A DNA stretch of 64,000 bases, from contig CBDBKE010000004.1 of NCBI GenBank assembly GCA_965206645.1, positions 1,408,001 to 1,472,000 on the forward strand, given 5' to 3'. This document shows positions 1 to 9,270 of the stretch, one piece after another. Each line of letters begins with the position of its first letter. Position 1 is the first letter of the stretch. The notes beneath the pieces were generated by a model. It did not search any database, was not told where the DNA came from, and saw nothing but the letters and a program-made list of their open reading frames with translations. The DNA comes from Terriglobia bacterium. GTDB taxonomy: Bacteria; Acidobacteriota; Terriglobia; JAJPHL01; JAPKYU01. Both the position numbers and the translations under genes were made by a program.

Positions 1-227
1 TCTTCTTTATCGACCGATAATGCGACGAGGCCGATATCTCCTTCCCTGAACTCTTCCTGGTGTCCACCGAAGTCTGCCAACTGCAGATTACAGAAGGGTC
101 ACCAATGTCCACGATAGAAAAGCACAACATTCCATTCTTGTCTCAAATCTTCGGGGATCGTCAAACTACTCCCGCCCACAATAGGACCGCTCACACTTGG
201 GAATAGGCCGCCATTATCCAGTCTCAT
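1..227 (-). CDS. Peroxiredoxin-like (AhpC/TSA family) selenoprotein, partial (runs off the window edge)
   Basis: Manual translation from ATG at 227 (AGGAGG upstream): MRLDNGGLFPSVSGPIVGGSSLTIPEDLRQEWNVVLFYRGHW-UGA-PFCNLQLADFGGHQEEFREGDIGLVALSVDKE. UGA (99-101) sits at the first Cys of the family FYRGxWCPxC motif and the frame stays open and family-like afterwards. Confidence 0.85.
73..87 (-). promoter_or_regulatory. Putative bacterial SECIS hairpin of the Prx-like gene
   Basis: mRNA UCUGC-AGUUG-GCAGA: 5-bp stem with a G-containing loop, starting 11 nt after the UGA. Confidence 0.6.
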
Positions 228-436
228 AGAAACCTCCTGCCGCAGAACGCAGATTTAACCGGAATTTCCATTATGGCCTCCCGACAGGAGGAAGTGTGGA
301 TAAAGATATAGAGAAACACCGGATCAACGCGAAGGCCTTGTTCCGGAAAGTTTCATGCGGCGGAGCACCGCGCGCCCTGCGGAAAGGCGCAGAGGCAGGG
401 GCTGATGATGTATACTGCCGGCGGGAGTCAGCGTAT

Positions 437-2395
437 ATGGCGAAGCAGCGTAACGGCAGACTCACGACGCCGCTGATCCGCGAGAACGGCAGCCTCCGTC
501 CTGCCAGTTGGGAGGAGGCGCTCAGCCGGACGGCGGAAGGCTTTCAAACGGCGGTTCAAAAGCGGGGCCCGCAGACGTTCGGGATGTTCAGTTGCTCCAA
601 GACCACCAACGAACTGAACTTCCTGGCCCAGAAGTTCGCCAGGACGGTTATCGGGAGCAACAACATCGACAGTTGTAACCGAACTTGACACGCCCCCAGC
701 GTCGTCGGTCTGGCGACAGTATTTGGGGCGGGCGGGGGTACCAGCTCCTACCGGGAAATTGAGGAAACCGACCTCATCATTTTGTGGGGGTCCAACGCCC
801 GGGACACGCATCCCATCTTCTTCCATCACGTGCTGAAGGGAGTGCAGGAGGGCGCAAAGCTGTTGGTGGTGGATCCTCGCCGCACCAGTTCCGCGCAATG
901 GGCGGACCTGTGGCTGGGTCTGGATGTCGGCGCAGACATCGCGCTGGCCAACGCCATGGCCCGCGAGATTTTGGTTTCGGGTCTGGAGAACCGTGGCTTC
1001 ATCGAGCGCGCGACCAGCGGCTTCGACGAGTACCGCGCTTGCGTGGAACGCTACACGCTGGAATACGCCGAGCAGGTTTGTCGCATGCCGGCGGCCCAGA
1101 TCCGGGAAGCTGCCCATGCCTACGCGAAGGCCGAGCGCGCACAGATCTGCTGGACACTGGGTATCACTGAGCACCACAACGCCGTGGACAATGTACTGGC
1201 GCTGATCAATCTGGCGCTTCTCACCGGGCACGTCGGCCGCTACGGGTCCGGGTTGAACCCGCTCCGCGGGCAGAACAACGTGCAGGGGGGCGGTGACATG
1301 GGCGCCCTTCCCGACCGGTTGCCTGGCTTTCAGCACGTGGAGAATGACGGGCTGCGCGGGAAATTCGAGCAGGCCTGGGGAGTAAAGGTGCCGGCTAAAC
1401 ACGGCTGGCGCCTGAACGAAATGTTCGACGCCATGGAGCGGGACGAGCTGAGTGCGCTGTACGTGATTGGAGAGAACCCTGCCAACTCTGAAGCCGACCA
1501 GCATCGGGCCATACGGCTTCTTGAGGGCCTGGAGTTTCTGCTGGTCCAGGATGTCTTGCTCACCGCCACCGCAAAAATCGCCGACGTGGTTCTGCCGGCG
1601 GCAGCGGGGTGGTGCGAATCGGAGGGGACCGTCACCAGCAGCGAGCGCCGAGTGCAGCGGGTACGCCGAGCCCTGGACTCACCTGCCGGGGTCCGCGATG
1701 ACCTGGAAATCCTGTGCGAGCTGGCGCGCCGCCTGGGCCATGAGTGGGGCCGGCCCAGCGCGGAGGACATTTGGAACGAAGTGCGGCGTCTGAGCCCGAT
1801 GCATGCGGGCATGAGCTATGCGCGTCTGGAGCAAATGGGTGGAATCCAGTGGCCCTGCTATGACGAGTCGCATCCGGGCGAACTCTATTTGCATGGCCGG
1901 CTCTGGGCCACTCCATTGGTGGGCCCCCGGGCGCCATTCAGCGCGGTCGAATACGAGCCGCCTGTGGATCGCCTGGATGAGCAGTACCCGATTCGGCTGA
2001 CCACTGGCCGCCGCCTGGATTCCTACAACACAGGAGTTCAGACTGCCCGCTACACCTCCCCGCTACGCCGGGGCGAGACGCTCGATCTGTCTGCGGAAGA
2101 TGCCCGACAGTACGGCATTTCCGAAGGTGAGAAAGTGCGCATCAGCTCCCGTCGTGGATCGGTGGTGGCGCCAGTTCGGTTTGATACCGGCTTGCGCCCC
2201 GGCCTGGCGTTCATGACGCTGCACTTCCCCGATGAGGTGGCCACTAACGAATTGACCCTGGACGCCGTGGACCCGAAGTCCGGAACCTCGGAGTTCAAGG
2301 CCACCGCGATTCGCATTGACAAGTTAGATGCCAAGCTGGACGCCAAGCGGCACGCCGAGGCCACGCCCGCGCGAGAAGCAGTCAAGTCCACATAA
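437..2395 (+). CDS. fdhF: Formate dehydrogenase alpha (Mo/W-bisPGD) catalytic subunit, selenocysteine-containing, lacking the N-terminal Fe-S region
   Basis: ORFs 296..688 and 782..2395 are in the same frame, joined by TGA 686-688: NNIDSCNRT-U-HAPSVVGL matches the FdhF C-x-R-x-U-H site. LRGQNNVQG and the C-terminal molybdopterin-binding domain are present. ATG 437 is preceded by GGGAG. Confidence 0.92.
701..717 (+). promoter_or_regulatory. SECIS hairpin of the FDH alpha gene
   Basis: GUCGUC-GGUCU-GGCGAC stem-loop 12 nt after the UGA; its GGUCU apex resembles the E. coli fdhF SECIS. Confidence 0.75.
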
Positions 2396-2413
2396 TCAGC
2401 AACGGAAACCTAA

Positions 2414-4261
2414 TTGGACCTTCACTTCACCTCCGCCGAACCCACCACGGAGGAAAGATCGGCGATTGACCAGGCACTTGCATCATCCAGGGAGACGGTC
2501 CGTGACCTGTTCTTGCCGGTGTTGCATGCCATCCAATCGCGGATCGGTTGGATCAGCGCGGGCGCCCTCAACTATGCTTGCCAGCGACTCGAGGTTCCTC
2601 CGGCTGAGGCTTTCGGAGTGGCGGATTTCTACGGGTTGTTCTCGCTCACGCCGCGGCCTCCGAAAGTGGTGCACGTCTGCGATGACATTTCCTGCCGGAC
2701 CCGCGGAGCCGCCGCGTTGTGTGAGCAACTGGAGCGCACCCACGGCCCGGCAGGGGTGCCGGGTGCAGACGGCCGCGCCACCTGGTTGCGAAGTCCCTGC
2801 CTGGGTTTGTGCGAGCGTGCACCGGCGGCACTGGTTTCGGCTGCCGGGGAGAACCCATGGGAGAGGGTGCTGGCTCCAGCCAGGGCGGAAACTGTCCTGG
2901 GGGTTTTGCGCGGGACTAAGGCGACGGGGGAAGGTCCACCGGACGTCTTTGATGCCAGCGTTTCAGTACCGCAGGCTGGCCAGCCCCTCTACATGGAGCT
3001 GCGCTTGCTCCGCCGCATCGGCAAAGTGGACCCGGAAAGCCTCGACGACTACCGGGCCCAAGGTGGCTATCAGGCACTCGAGCGAGCGCTGGCCATTGGC
3101 CCCGAGGCTGTTGTGCAGGAGGTGACCCAATCCAAGTTGTTGGGCCGCGGCGGGGCTGCGTTTCCGGCAAGCCAGAAGTGGAGCGCGCTGTGTGCGAGCC
3201 GGTCTGCGCAGCGCCTGCAGTACCTGGTCTGCAACGCCGACGAGTCCGAACCGGGCACGTTCAAAGACCGCGTGCTCATGGAGGGAGATCCGTTTGCCAT
3301 CGTTGAAGCGATGACGATCGCCGGTTTTGCCACCGGGTGCGAGCGCGGTTATCTGTACATTCGCGGCGAATACCCGCTGGCCACCGAGCGGCTGGCGCAC
3401 GCCATTCGCGAGGCTCGAAAACAGGGACTGCTTGGCGAAGACATCCTGGGACGCGGCCTCCGCTTTGACATCGAGATCCGGCGCGGTGCCGGCGCCTACA
3501 TCTGCGGCGAGGAGACGGCTCTGTTCAACTCCATTGAAGGCTATCGTGGAGAGCCGCGCAACAAGCCCCCTTTCCCCACCCAGGCGGGTTTGTTCGGCAA
3601 GCCGACGCTTGTGAACAACGTGGAAACGCTCGTCAATGTGCTCGGGATTGTGCTGGAAGGCGGCAACGCCTACGCCGCTCTGGGAACCGAGCGCTCAACG
3701 GGCTCAAGGCTGTTTTGTGTTTCCGGCCACATTGCGCGTCCCGGCGTCTACGAGGTCCCGTTCGGCACCACGCTCGGTCAGTTGATTGATCTGGCCGGCG
3801 GAGTCGGGGGAAGCGGGAAGCTCCAGACGGTGCTGCTGGGTGGGGCGGCGGGCGCCTTCGTGCCCCCCCAGGAGATGGACATCCCTTTGACGTTTGAGGG
3901 GACGCGGGCTCGGGGAGTCACCCTGGGCTCCGGCGCGGTGATGCTGTTTGACGACACGGTTGATCTGACGAAGATCCTGTTGCGGATCGCCGCTTTCTTC
4001 CGCGATGAATCTTGCGGGCAGTGTGTACCGTGCCGGGTCGGAACAGCACGGCAAGAGGAACTGTTGCACCGGCTCGCCAGTGGCAGTCTCTTGGGGCAGC
4101 GCCAGGACGAGCTGGCCCTGCTGCGAGAAATGGGGCAGGCGATGCGCGACGCTTCCATCTGCGGATTGGGACAGACCGCCTCGAGCGCCATCGAGTCGGC
4201 CCTTACCCGCTGGGAGCTGTTCAGGCCCGCTGGGAGCTCTTTAGGAAAGGAGGCAACGTGA
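2414..4261 (+). CDS. Fused NuoE-NuoF-like diaphorase subunit (NAD-linked FDH gamma+beta)
   Basis: N-terminal 2Fe-2S motif (VCDDISC...CLGLC), then GRGGAAFP, CNADESEPGTFKDR, GAGAYICGEET, ESCGQCVPCR and SICGLG. TTG start. Confidence 0.92.
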   Translation: MDLHFTSAEPTTEERSAIDQALASSRETVRDLFLPVLHAIQSRIGWISAGALNYACQRLEVPPAEAFGVADFYGLFSLTPRPPKVVHVCDDISCRTRGAAALCEQLERTHGPAGVPGADGRATWLRSPCLGLCERAPAALVSAAGENPWERVLAPARAETVLGVLRGTKATGEGPPDVFDASVSVPQAGQPLYMELRLLRRIGKVDPESLDDYRAQGGYQALERALAIGPEAVVQEVTQSKLLGRGGAAFPASQKWSALCASRSAQRLQYLVCNADESEPGTFKDRVLMEGDPFAIVEAMTIAGFATGCERGYLYIRGEYPLATERLAHAIREARKQGLLGEDILGRGLRFDIEIRRGAGAYICGEETALFNSIEGYRGEPRNKPPFPTQAGLFGKPTLVNNVETLVNVLGIVLEGGNAYAALGTERSTGSRLFCVSGHIARPGVYEVPFGTTLGQLIDLAGGVGGSGKLQTVLLGGAAGAFVPPQEMDIPLTFEGTRARGVTLGSGAVMLFDDTVDLTKILLRIAAFFRDESCGQCVPCRVGTARQEELLHRLASGSLLGQRQDELALLREMGQAMRDASICGLGQTASSAIESALTRWELFRPAGSSLGKEAT

Positions 4262-5244
4262 GTTCTGACGCACCTTCGCCTCTGACACCCGTGCCGGCCG
4301 GGCCGTTGCCCGTGATTCCGGCGTCGCGTCCCCGGCGGCCGATTGAGATCACCATTGATGGCCAGCCCCTGGCGGTGCCGGAAGGCACTACGCTGCTCGA
4401 AGCGGGCCGCCGTCTGGGAATCTCCACGCCCACGCTCTGCTATCTGGAAAACCTGACGCCGGTCAACGTCTGCCGCATCTGTGTCGTGGAACTGGAAGGC
4501 TCCAGAGTCCTCGTGCCAGCCTGTTCGCGAAAGGCCGAACCGGGGATGGTGGTGAAGACCGATAGCGAGCGGGTTCGTTTGAGCCGCCGCCTGATCCTGG
4601 AGTTTCTGGCCTCCTCGGTGGACGTTTCCACCGCTCCCCAACTGCAGGCATACATGGAGCAATACGGGGCGCGGCCGGAGCGGTTCGGCTCCCCAGCGGC
4701 CGCATCGGGCGCGGGCGCGCGCGATGCGGCCCGTCCGGGCGTGCACCCGCCGCCCGCGGCAACAGCCGCGGCCACAGTGGGGCAGCCGGTCAAGGTAGAC
4801 AACGATCTCTACGTCCGCGATTACGGCAAGTGCATCCTCTGCTACAAGTGTGTGGAGGCCTGCGGCCTGGACGCGCAGAACACGTTCGCCATCGCCGTTG
4901 CCGGGCGCGGATTTGACGCACGCATCTCCACCGAGTACACCGTGCCGCTGCCGGACTCCGCCTGCGTCTACTGCGGCAACTGCATCGGGGTCTGCCCGAC
5001 CGGGGCGCTGATGTTCAAGCGCGAATATGACATGCGACAGGCGGGGGTCTGGGATGAGTCTCGGCAGAGCGAAACAGATACCATCTGCCCCTATTGCGGC
5101 GTGGGCTGCACAGTGACCTTGCGGGTCCAGGACAACCGGATTGCACGTGTGACTTCCCCTCTCGATCAGGACGTGACGCGAGGCCACCTCTGCATCAAGG
5201 GCCGCTTCGGGTGGCAATTCGTCGATCCATCAGGGTCTCCCTAG
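4258..5244 (+). CDS. NuoG-like Fe-S subunit = detached N-terminal part of FDH alpha (2Fe-2S, 2x4Fe-4S, bisPGD-proximal 4Fe-4S)
   Basis: GTG overlaps the upstream TGA (GTGA). Motifs PTLCY..CRICVVE..PAC, CILCYKCVEAC, CVYCGNCIGVCP and terminal TICPYCGVGC...LCIKGRFG. Confidence 0.9.
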   Translation: MSSDAPSPLTPVPAGPLPVIPASRPRRPIEITIDGQPLAVPEGTTLLEAGRRLGISTPTLCYLENLTPVNVCRICVVELEGSRVLVPACSRKAEPGMVVKTDSERVRLSRRLILEFLASSVDVSTAPQLQAYMEQYGARPERFGSPAAASGAGARDAARPGVHPPPAATAAATVGQPVKVDNDLYVRDYGKCILCYKCVEACGLDAQNTFAIAVAGRGFDARISTEYTVPLPDSACVYCGNCIGVCPTGALMFKREYDMRQAGVWDESRQSETDTICPYCGVGCTVTLRVQDNRIARVTSPLDQDVTRGHLCIKGRFGWQFVDPSGSP

Positions 5245-5290
5245 AAACTGTACGCTGCGGAGTTCTTCACTTCCCGGGTTCTTCCACCGC

Positions 5291-5318
5291 TTATACCAAA
5301 CATTTTATACCAAACATT
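5291..5318. repeat. Perfect 14-bp tandem duplication TTATACCAAACATT x2
   Basis: Read directly from the sequence. Confidence 0.9.
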
Positions 5319-5437
5319 CTGCGCGTTCGTCCTGTCCGAGGCCGCTAACCGCCTCCGGGTATTACAGGCTGTCGTGGCAACGGTCCATGTGTGGTCGGAA
5401 ACAGCCCCAGCCTGCTTATCTTTACTTAGATTTGCGA

Positions 5438-7351
5438 TTAGTGCTTGACTAGGACGGTGATCGTCTTGCACCCCGTCACCACCGAGGGCAGCGGCTCCAG
5501 TTCGCTTTCGGCGAGGGTGGAAACCGAAGAGGTGGCGATGTTGCTGCTGACCGACGGTTCGTTGGCCATGACTCGCGCCAGCGAGGGTGGCGGCGAAGGA
5601 AATTGCGTGCCGTGCAGCAAGAAAGCGGTTTGGGGACGCGACAGGCGCACGTACAGGCGGTTGTTCTTGCGCAGCTTGTTGATGGCGCGCACCAGCTGAG
5701 CGGGTGTCTTTGGAGTGAAGCCGCCGGGTAGCTGGCGCACCTCGGCCAGGTTTAGCGAACTGCCGTCGGCGACCGTAACTTGCAGAGGCCCTGGACCCAG
5801 ACTGGCCGGAATCTCCACGGGCACCTTCTTCACCGTCTCCCGGCCGTCCTCCGCGCGCAGCACTGCGGTGATTTCCAGGCGCTCGCCGGGGCGCACTTCG
5901 CGTTTGCTGCTCCACACTTGGTTGAGCGAGGCCAGGCGCCGCCGGTCGCTGGAAACAATCTGCAGGTCCACGCTGCGCACTTCCACGGTGGGGAAGCCAC
6001 TCTGCAGCAGCAAGGCCAGCGGCACGGCAGTGGTCAGGGCGGCCAGCATCGGGGCTTGGGCGTTGGCTGCAAACATATTCTCCACCTTAACTGGCGGCAG
6101 CCCGTCCAAAATGATGGTCCCACGGATGGCAAGCGACAATTCGCCCACCAGCCGCTCGGTGGCGTCCAGCGTCCCGAAGACCGCCAACTGAAGCAGAAAC
6201 GGCGAGAGGAAGCGATCGTTCACAATCTCGAACTGATAACGCATCTCCCGGTTACCGTTGGAGCGCAGCTTGATGTGAACCGGGATCATGCGCGCTTTCT
6301 CTCCGATGACCCCGAGCACCCCAGCGGAGCGGTCCTGCCGGATCACACCCAAGGGCCGGCCGGGCGCCGAAATCTTCAGCGAGGTAACCTGGCTAGGGAG
6401 CAGCGCCACCACGCGCGAAGCCGAAAAAGGCATCTGGGTGGGGCCCGCTGACAGGAACCGGTGGCCGAAGGCGTAGATTCGGTCGCCCTCGCGGCGGGTG
6501 ATGGTGCCGTCGGCATTCACCCCCAGGTCGCCACGGATCAACTGGACGCTGATCATCGAGCCGGGCGCGGTTTTGGCTGCCTCAGCTGCCGCGGTTGAGG
6601 CGACCTCGTGAGAATCGCCAGCACTGTCGCCGGCACTCTGGCCGGCACCTTGGCCACTTTGGGAGGACGAGCCGCTGCCGGCGCCTCGCAGCGGAACGAG
6701 TCCCAGGGCGCGGAACTGCCCGGCGAACCGCTCCAAAGTGCGCGAGGGGAAACCAGAGAGAATCAGTGGAGTAGCAATCCGGGTCAGCCGCGGCCGGTCA
6801 GGCGAAAGCAGCACGCTCGGGTCAACCGCCGCGGGCACCAGGGTGTCCGCAAGGGGCGGCAGCCCACCTAGCAGCCGAACTTCGCTGCCCGAAGCGGTCG
6901 GCACCCAATGCAGGTTGGTTTTGAGGAGCGACGGACCCTGGCCGGCTCCCGCTCTGTCCAGCACCCTCACCATCTGCTCGATGGGCCGGATGCCGGCAAT
7001 GGGTTCGGTGGAGAATGGAAAACTCAGCGCGACGGCCCCCACCAGTTTGCCGTCAATGTAAACGGGGCTGCCGCTCATGCCCGCCATCAACCCGGTTTTT
7101 TCCAGCGGACCGCCGGACAACCGGGCGAGAATAATGCTCTGTTTTGGCCCCACGTTGTCGAGCACTCCCAGGATTTCCACCTGGAATTCTTCCACCGTGG
7201 TCCCGGCGAAAACCGTGCGGCCCACGCCTTTCATCCCTTGCTTCACGTCTTTCAGCGGAAAAAAGGCCACCTTGACCGGCTGTTCTGCGGCGGCCAACAG
7301 TACGGCAGCCAGCGTCAAAACGATCCCGGGTAGCAACTGGCGGCGCAACAT
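5438..7351 (-). CDS. SpoIVB/peptidase S55 domain protein with signal peptide
   Basis: GMKGVGRTVF, EEFQVEILGV, AGMSGSPVYIDGKLVGAV, AFGH motifs; hydrophobic N-terminus. Confidence 0.85.
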   Translation of the reverse strand: MLRRQLLPGIVLTLAAVLLAAAEQPVKVAFFPLKDVKQGMKGVGRTVFAGTTVEEFQVEILGVLDNVGPKQSIILARLSGGPLEKTGLMAGMSGSPVYIDGKLVGAVALSFPFSTEPIAGIRPIEQMVRVLDRAGAGQGPSLLKTNLHWVPTASGSEVRLLGGLPPLADTLVPAAVDPSVLLSPDRPRLTRIATPLILSGFPSRTLERFAGQFRALGLVPLRGAGSGSSSQSGQGAGQSAGDSAGDSHEVASTAAAEAAKTAPGSMISVQLIRGDLGVNADGTITRREGDRIYAFGHRFLSAGPTQMPFSASRVVALLPSQVTSLKISAPGRPLGVIRQDRSAGVLGVIGEKARMIPVHIKLRSNGNREMRYQFEIVNDRFLSPFLLQLAVFGTLDATERLVGELSLAIRGTIILDGLPPVKVENMFAANAQAPMLAALTTAVPLALLLQSGFPTVEVRSVDLQIVSSDRRRLASLNQVWSSKREVRPGERLEITAVLRAEDGRETVKKVPVEIPASLGPGPLQVTVADGSSLNLAEVRQLPGGFTPKTPAQLVRAINKLRKNNRLYVRLSRPQTAFLLHGTQFPSPPPSLARVMANEPSVSSNIATSSVSTLAESELEPLPSVVTGCKTITVLVKH

Positions 7352-7512
7352 GCGGTTTGCTAACTCTATACTACCTTAATGCCGAGACTGGAGGGGAACG
7401 GTGCCCTGGTCATGGGGAGAACGGCTGTAGTCTAAAAGGCCAACTGCATCCGGTTCGGCGGCGTCGAGGGCCAGCTGTGTGTTTGAGGTCGCTCAAAGCT
7501 GGGGGCGTCGGC

Positions 7513-7521
7513 TGCTATAAT
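7513..7521 (+). promoter_or_regulatory. Extended -10 promoter (TG-C-TATAAT) of lysS
   Basis: Perfect TGnTATAAT 12 nt upstream of the ATG at 7534. Confidence 0.6.
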
Positions 7522-7533
7522 CGCACCTTCACG

Positions 7534-9102
7534 ATGTCACTTGAAAACGAACTGTTTCGCCAGCGGAGGGAGAAACTGAAGGCCATCCAGGCGCTGGGTC
7601 TGGCACCCTACCCGCACAAGTTTGTCGCCTCGCACACCATCCCCGAAGTGGTCGAACGCTGGGACGCATCCACTGCCGAGGAACTGGCCGCAAGCCAGCC
7701 GACGGTGCGCCTGGCCGGTCGCATCCTGGCCCTGCGCATGCATGGCAAAACGGGGTTCGCCGACCTGGTGCAAGGCGGGCGGAAGCTGCAGGTCTACGTG
7801 CGGCAGGATGGGGTCGGCGAGGCGGGCTTCGACCTGTTCGGGCTGCTGGACCTGGGCGACTTTGTGGGCGCCATCGGGCACTTGTTCCGCACCCGCAAGG
7901 GAGAGCTGAGCGTGCGCGTTGAGTCGCTGGAGTTCCTGGCCAAAGCCCTCTTGCCGCTGCCGGAAAAATGGCACGGCTTGCAGGACGTGGAGACACGCTA
8001 CCGCCAGCGCTACTTGGATTTGCTAGTCAGCCCGGAGGTGCGCGAGATTTTCCAGCGCCGAAGCCGCATTATCAGCACGTTGCGCCGCGCCCTGGAGGCT
8101 CGCGGCTACCTAGAGGTGGAAACGCCGATGATGCAGCCGCTGGCGGGCGGAGCCGTGGCCCGTCCCTTCCGCACCCATCACAACGCCCTCGACCTGGACC
8201 TGTACTTGCGTGTGGCGCCGGAGCTCTACCTGAAGCGCCTGACGGTTGGCGGACTCGACCGCGTCTTCGAAATCAACCGTAACTTCCGCAACGAAGGGAT
8301 CTCCACCCAGCACAACCCTGAGTTCACCATGCTGGAGTTCTATCAGGCCTACAGCGATTACCGGGACCTGATGGAGCTGACCGAACAGATGCTGACCGAG
8401 GTGGTGCGCGAAGTGACTGGCAGGCCCAGCGTGCAGTACGGCAACCACACGATTGACTTTGCCCACTGGACGCGCCTCTCGCTGCCTGAGGCCATTGCGC
8501 GCTTCTGGCCCGAGGAGGCCACCCGGCCTGGTCTGGAAGGATTGCGCGACTTTTCGGGCGTGCCCGCTACTGTAGCGGCCTATAACGGCTGGGCCGAGCG
8601 CCAGCCGGAACCCCCTACGCGCCTGGTCATGCCCCCTGACACGCCACCCGGGGTGCTCCTCGGGGCGCTGTTCGAACTGGTGGCCGAGCGCCACCTGATC
8701 CAGCCCACCATTGTCTTCGACTTTCCCAAGGCAGTCTCGCCGCTCGCCAAGGCCAAACAAGACGAGCCGGAATGGGTGGAACGCTTCGAGGTGTATGCCG
8801 GGGGAATGGAACTGGCCAACGCCTATTCAGAGCTGAACGACCCGGTGGAGCAGTATCGCCGCTTCCAGATGCAACTGGCCGCCCGCCAGGCGGGGGACCT
8901 CGAGGCCCACGCCATGGACGAAGACTACGTCCGCGCCCTCTGCCACGGCCTGCCGCCGGCGGCTGGCGAAGGCGTCGGCATTGATCGGCTGACGATGCTG
9001 TTGACCAATTCCCACTCCATTCGCGAGGTGATTCTCTTCCCGCTGCTCCGCCCTGAAGGCACCGTGGAAATCGCCGCCGAAGTCGCCGCCGCTGCTACCT
9101 AG
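7534..9102 (+). CDS. lysS: Lysyl-tRNA synthetase (class II)
   Basis: LPEKWHGL, RYRQRYLDL, FRNEG..HNPEFTMLEFY, GIDRLTMLL..IREVILFP. Confidence 0.97.
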   Translation: MSLENELFRQRREKLKAIQALGLAPYPHKFVASHTIPEVVERWDASTAEELAASQPTVRLAGRILALRMHGKTGFADLVQGGRKLQVYVRQDGVGEAGFDLFGLLDLGDFVGAIGHLFRTRKGELSVRVESLEFLAKALLPLPEKWHGLQDVETRYRQRYLDLLVSPEVREIFQRRSRIISTLRRALEARGYLEVETPMMQPLAGGAVARPFRTHHNALDLDLYLRVAPELYLKRLTVGGLDRVFEINRNFRNEGISTQHNPEFTMLEFYQAYSDYRDLMELTEQMLTEVVREVTGRPSVQYGNHTIDFAHWTRLSLPEAIARFWPEEATRPGLEGLRDFSGVPATVAAYNGWAERQPEPPTRLVMPPDTPPGVLLGALFELVAERHLIQPTIVFDFPKAVSPLAKAKQDEPEWVERFEVYAGGMELANAYSELNDPVEQYRRFQMQLAARQAGDLEAHAMDEDYVRALCHGLPPAAGEGVGIDRLTMLLTNSHSIREVILFPLLRPEGTVEIAAEVAAAAT

Positions 9103-9270
9103 CGTCCGGTTTTCGGAGGTCCCGGCGGCAACCGCCTGCCGAGCTGCGCCCAGTCCCAGGGTGGGCCTAGCGTAGCAAGACATCTGCGAACAGGCGCGCC
9201 GGGCTCTTCACCCGGCGTGTGATAGCATATCGAAATTACGTCGCGCGAAAAGAAACAGGCAACAACCAAA

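Noticed and set aside
270-300. GCCTCCCG...GGAGG resembling the 3' end of the Moco RNA motif upstream of a Mo/W enzyme, and a GTG start at 296
   Set aside because: Only a short partial match, ~140 nt from the likely ATG at 437. The 47-aa extension from 296 does not look conserved.
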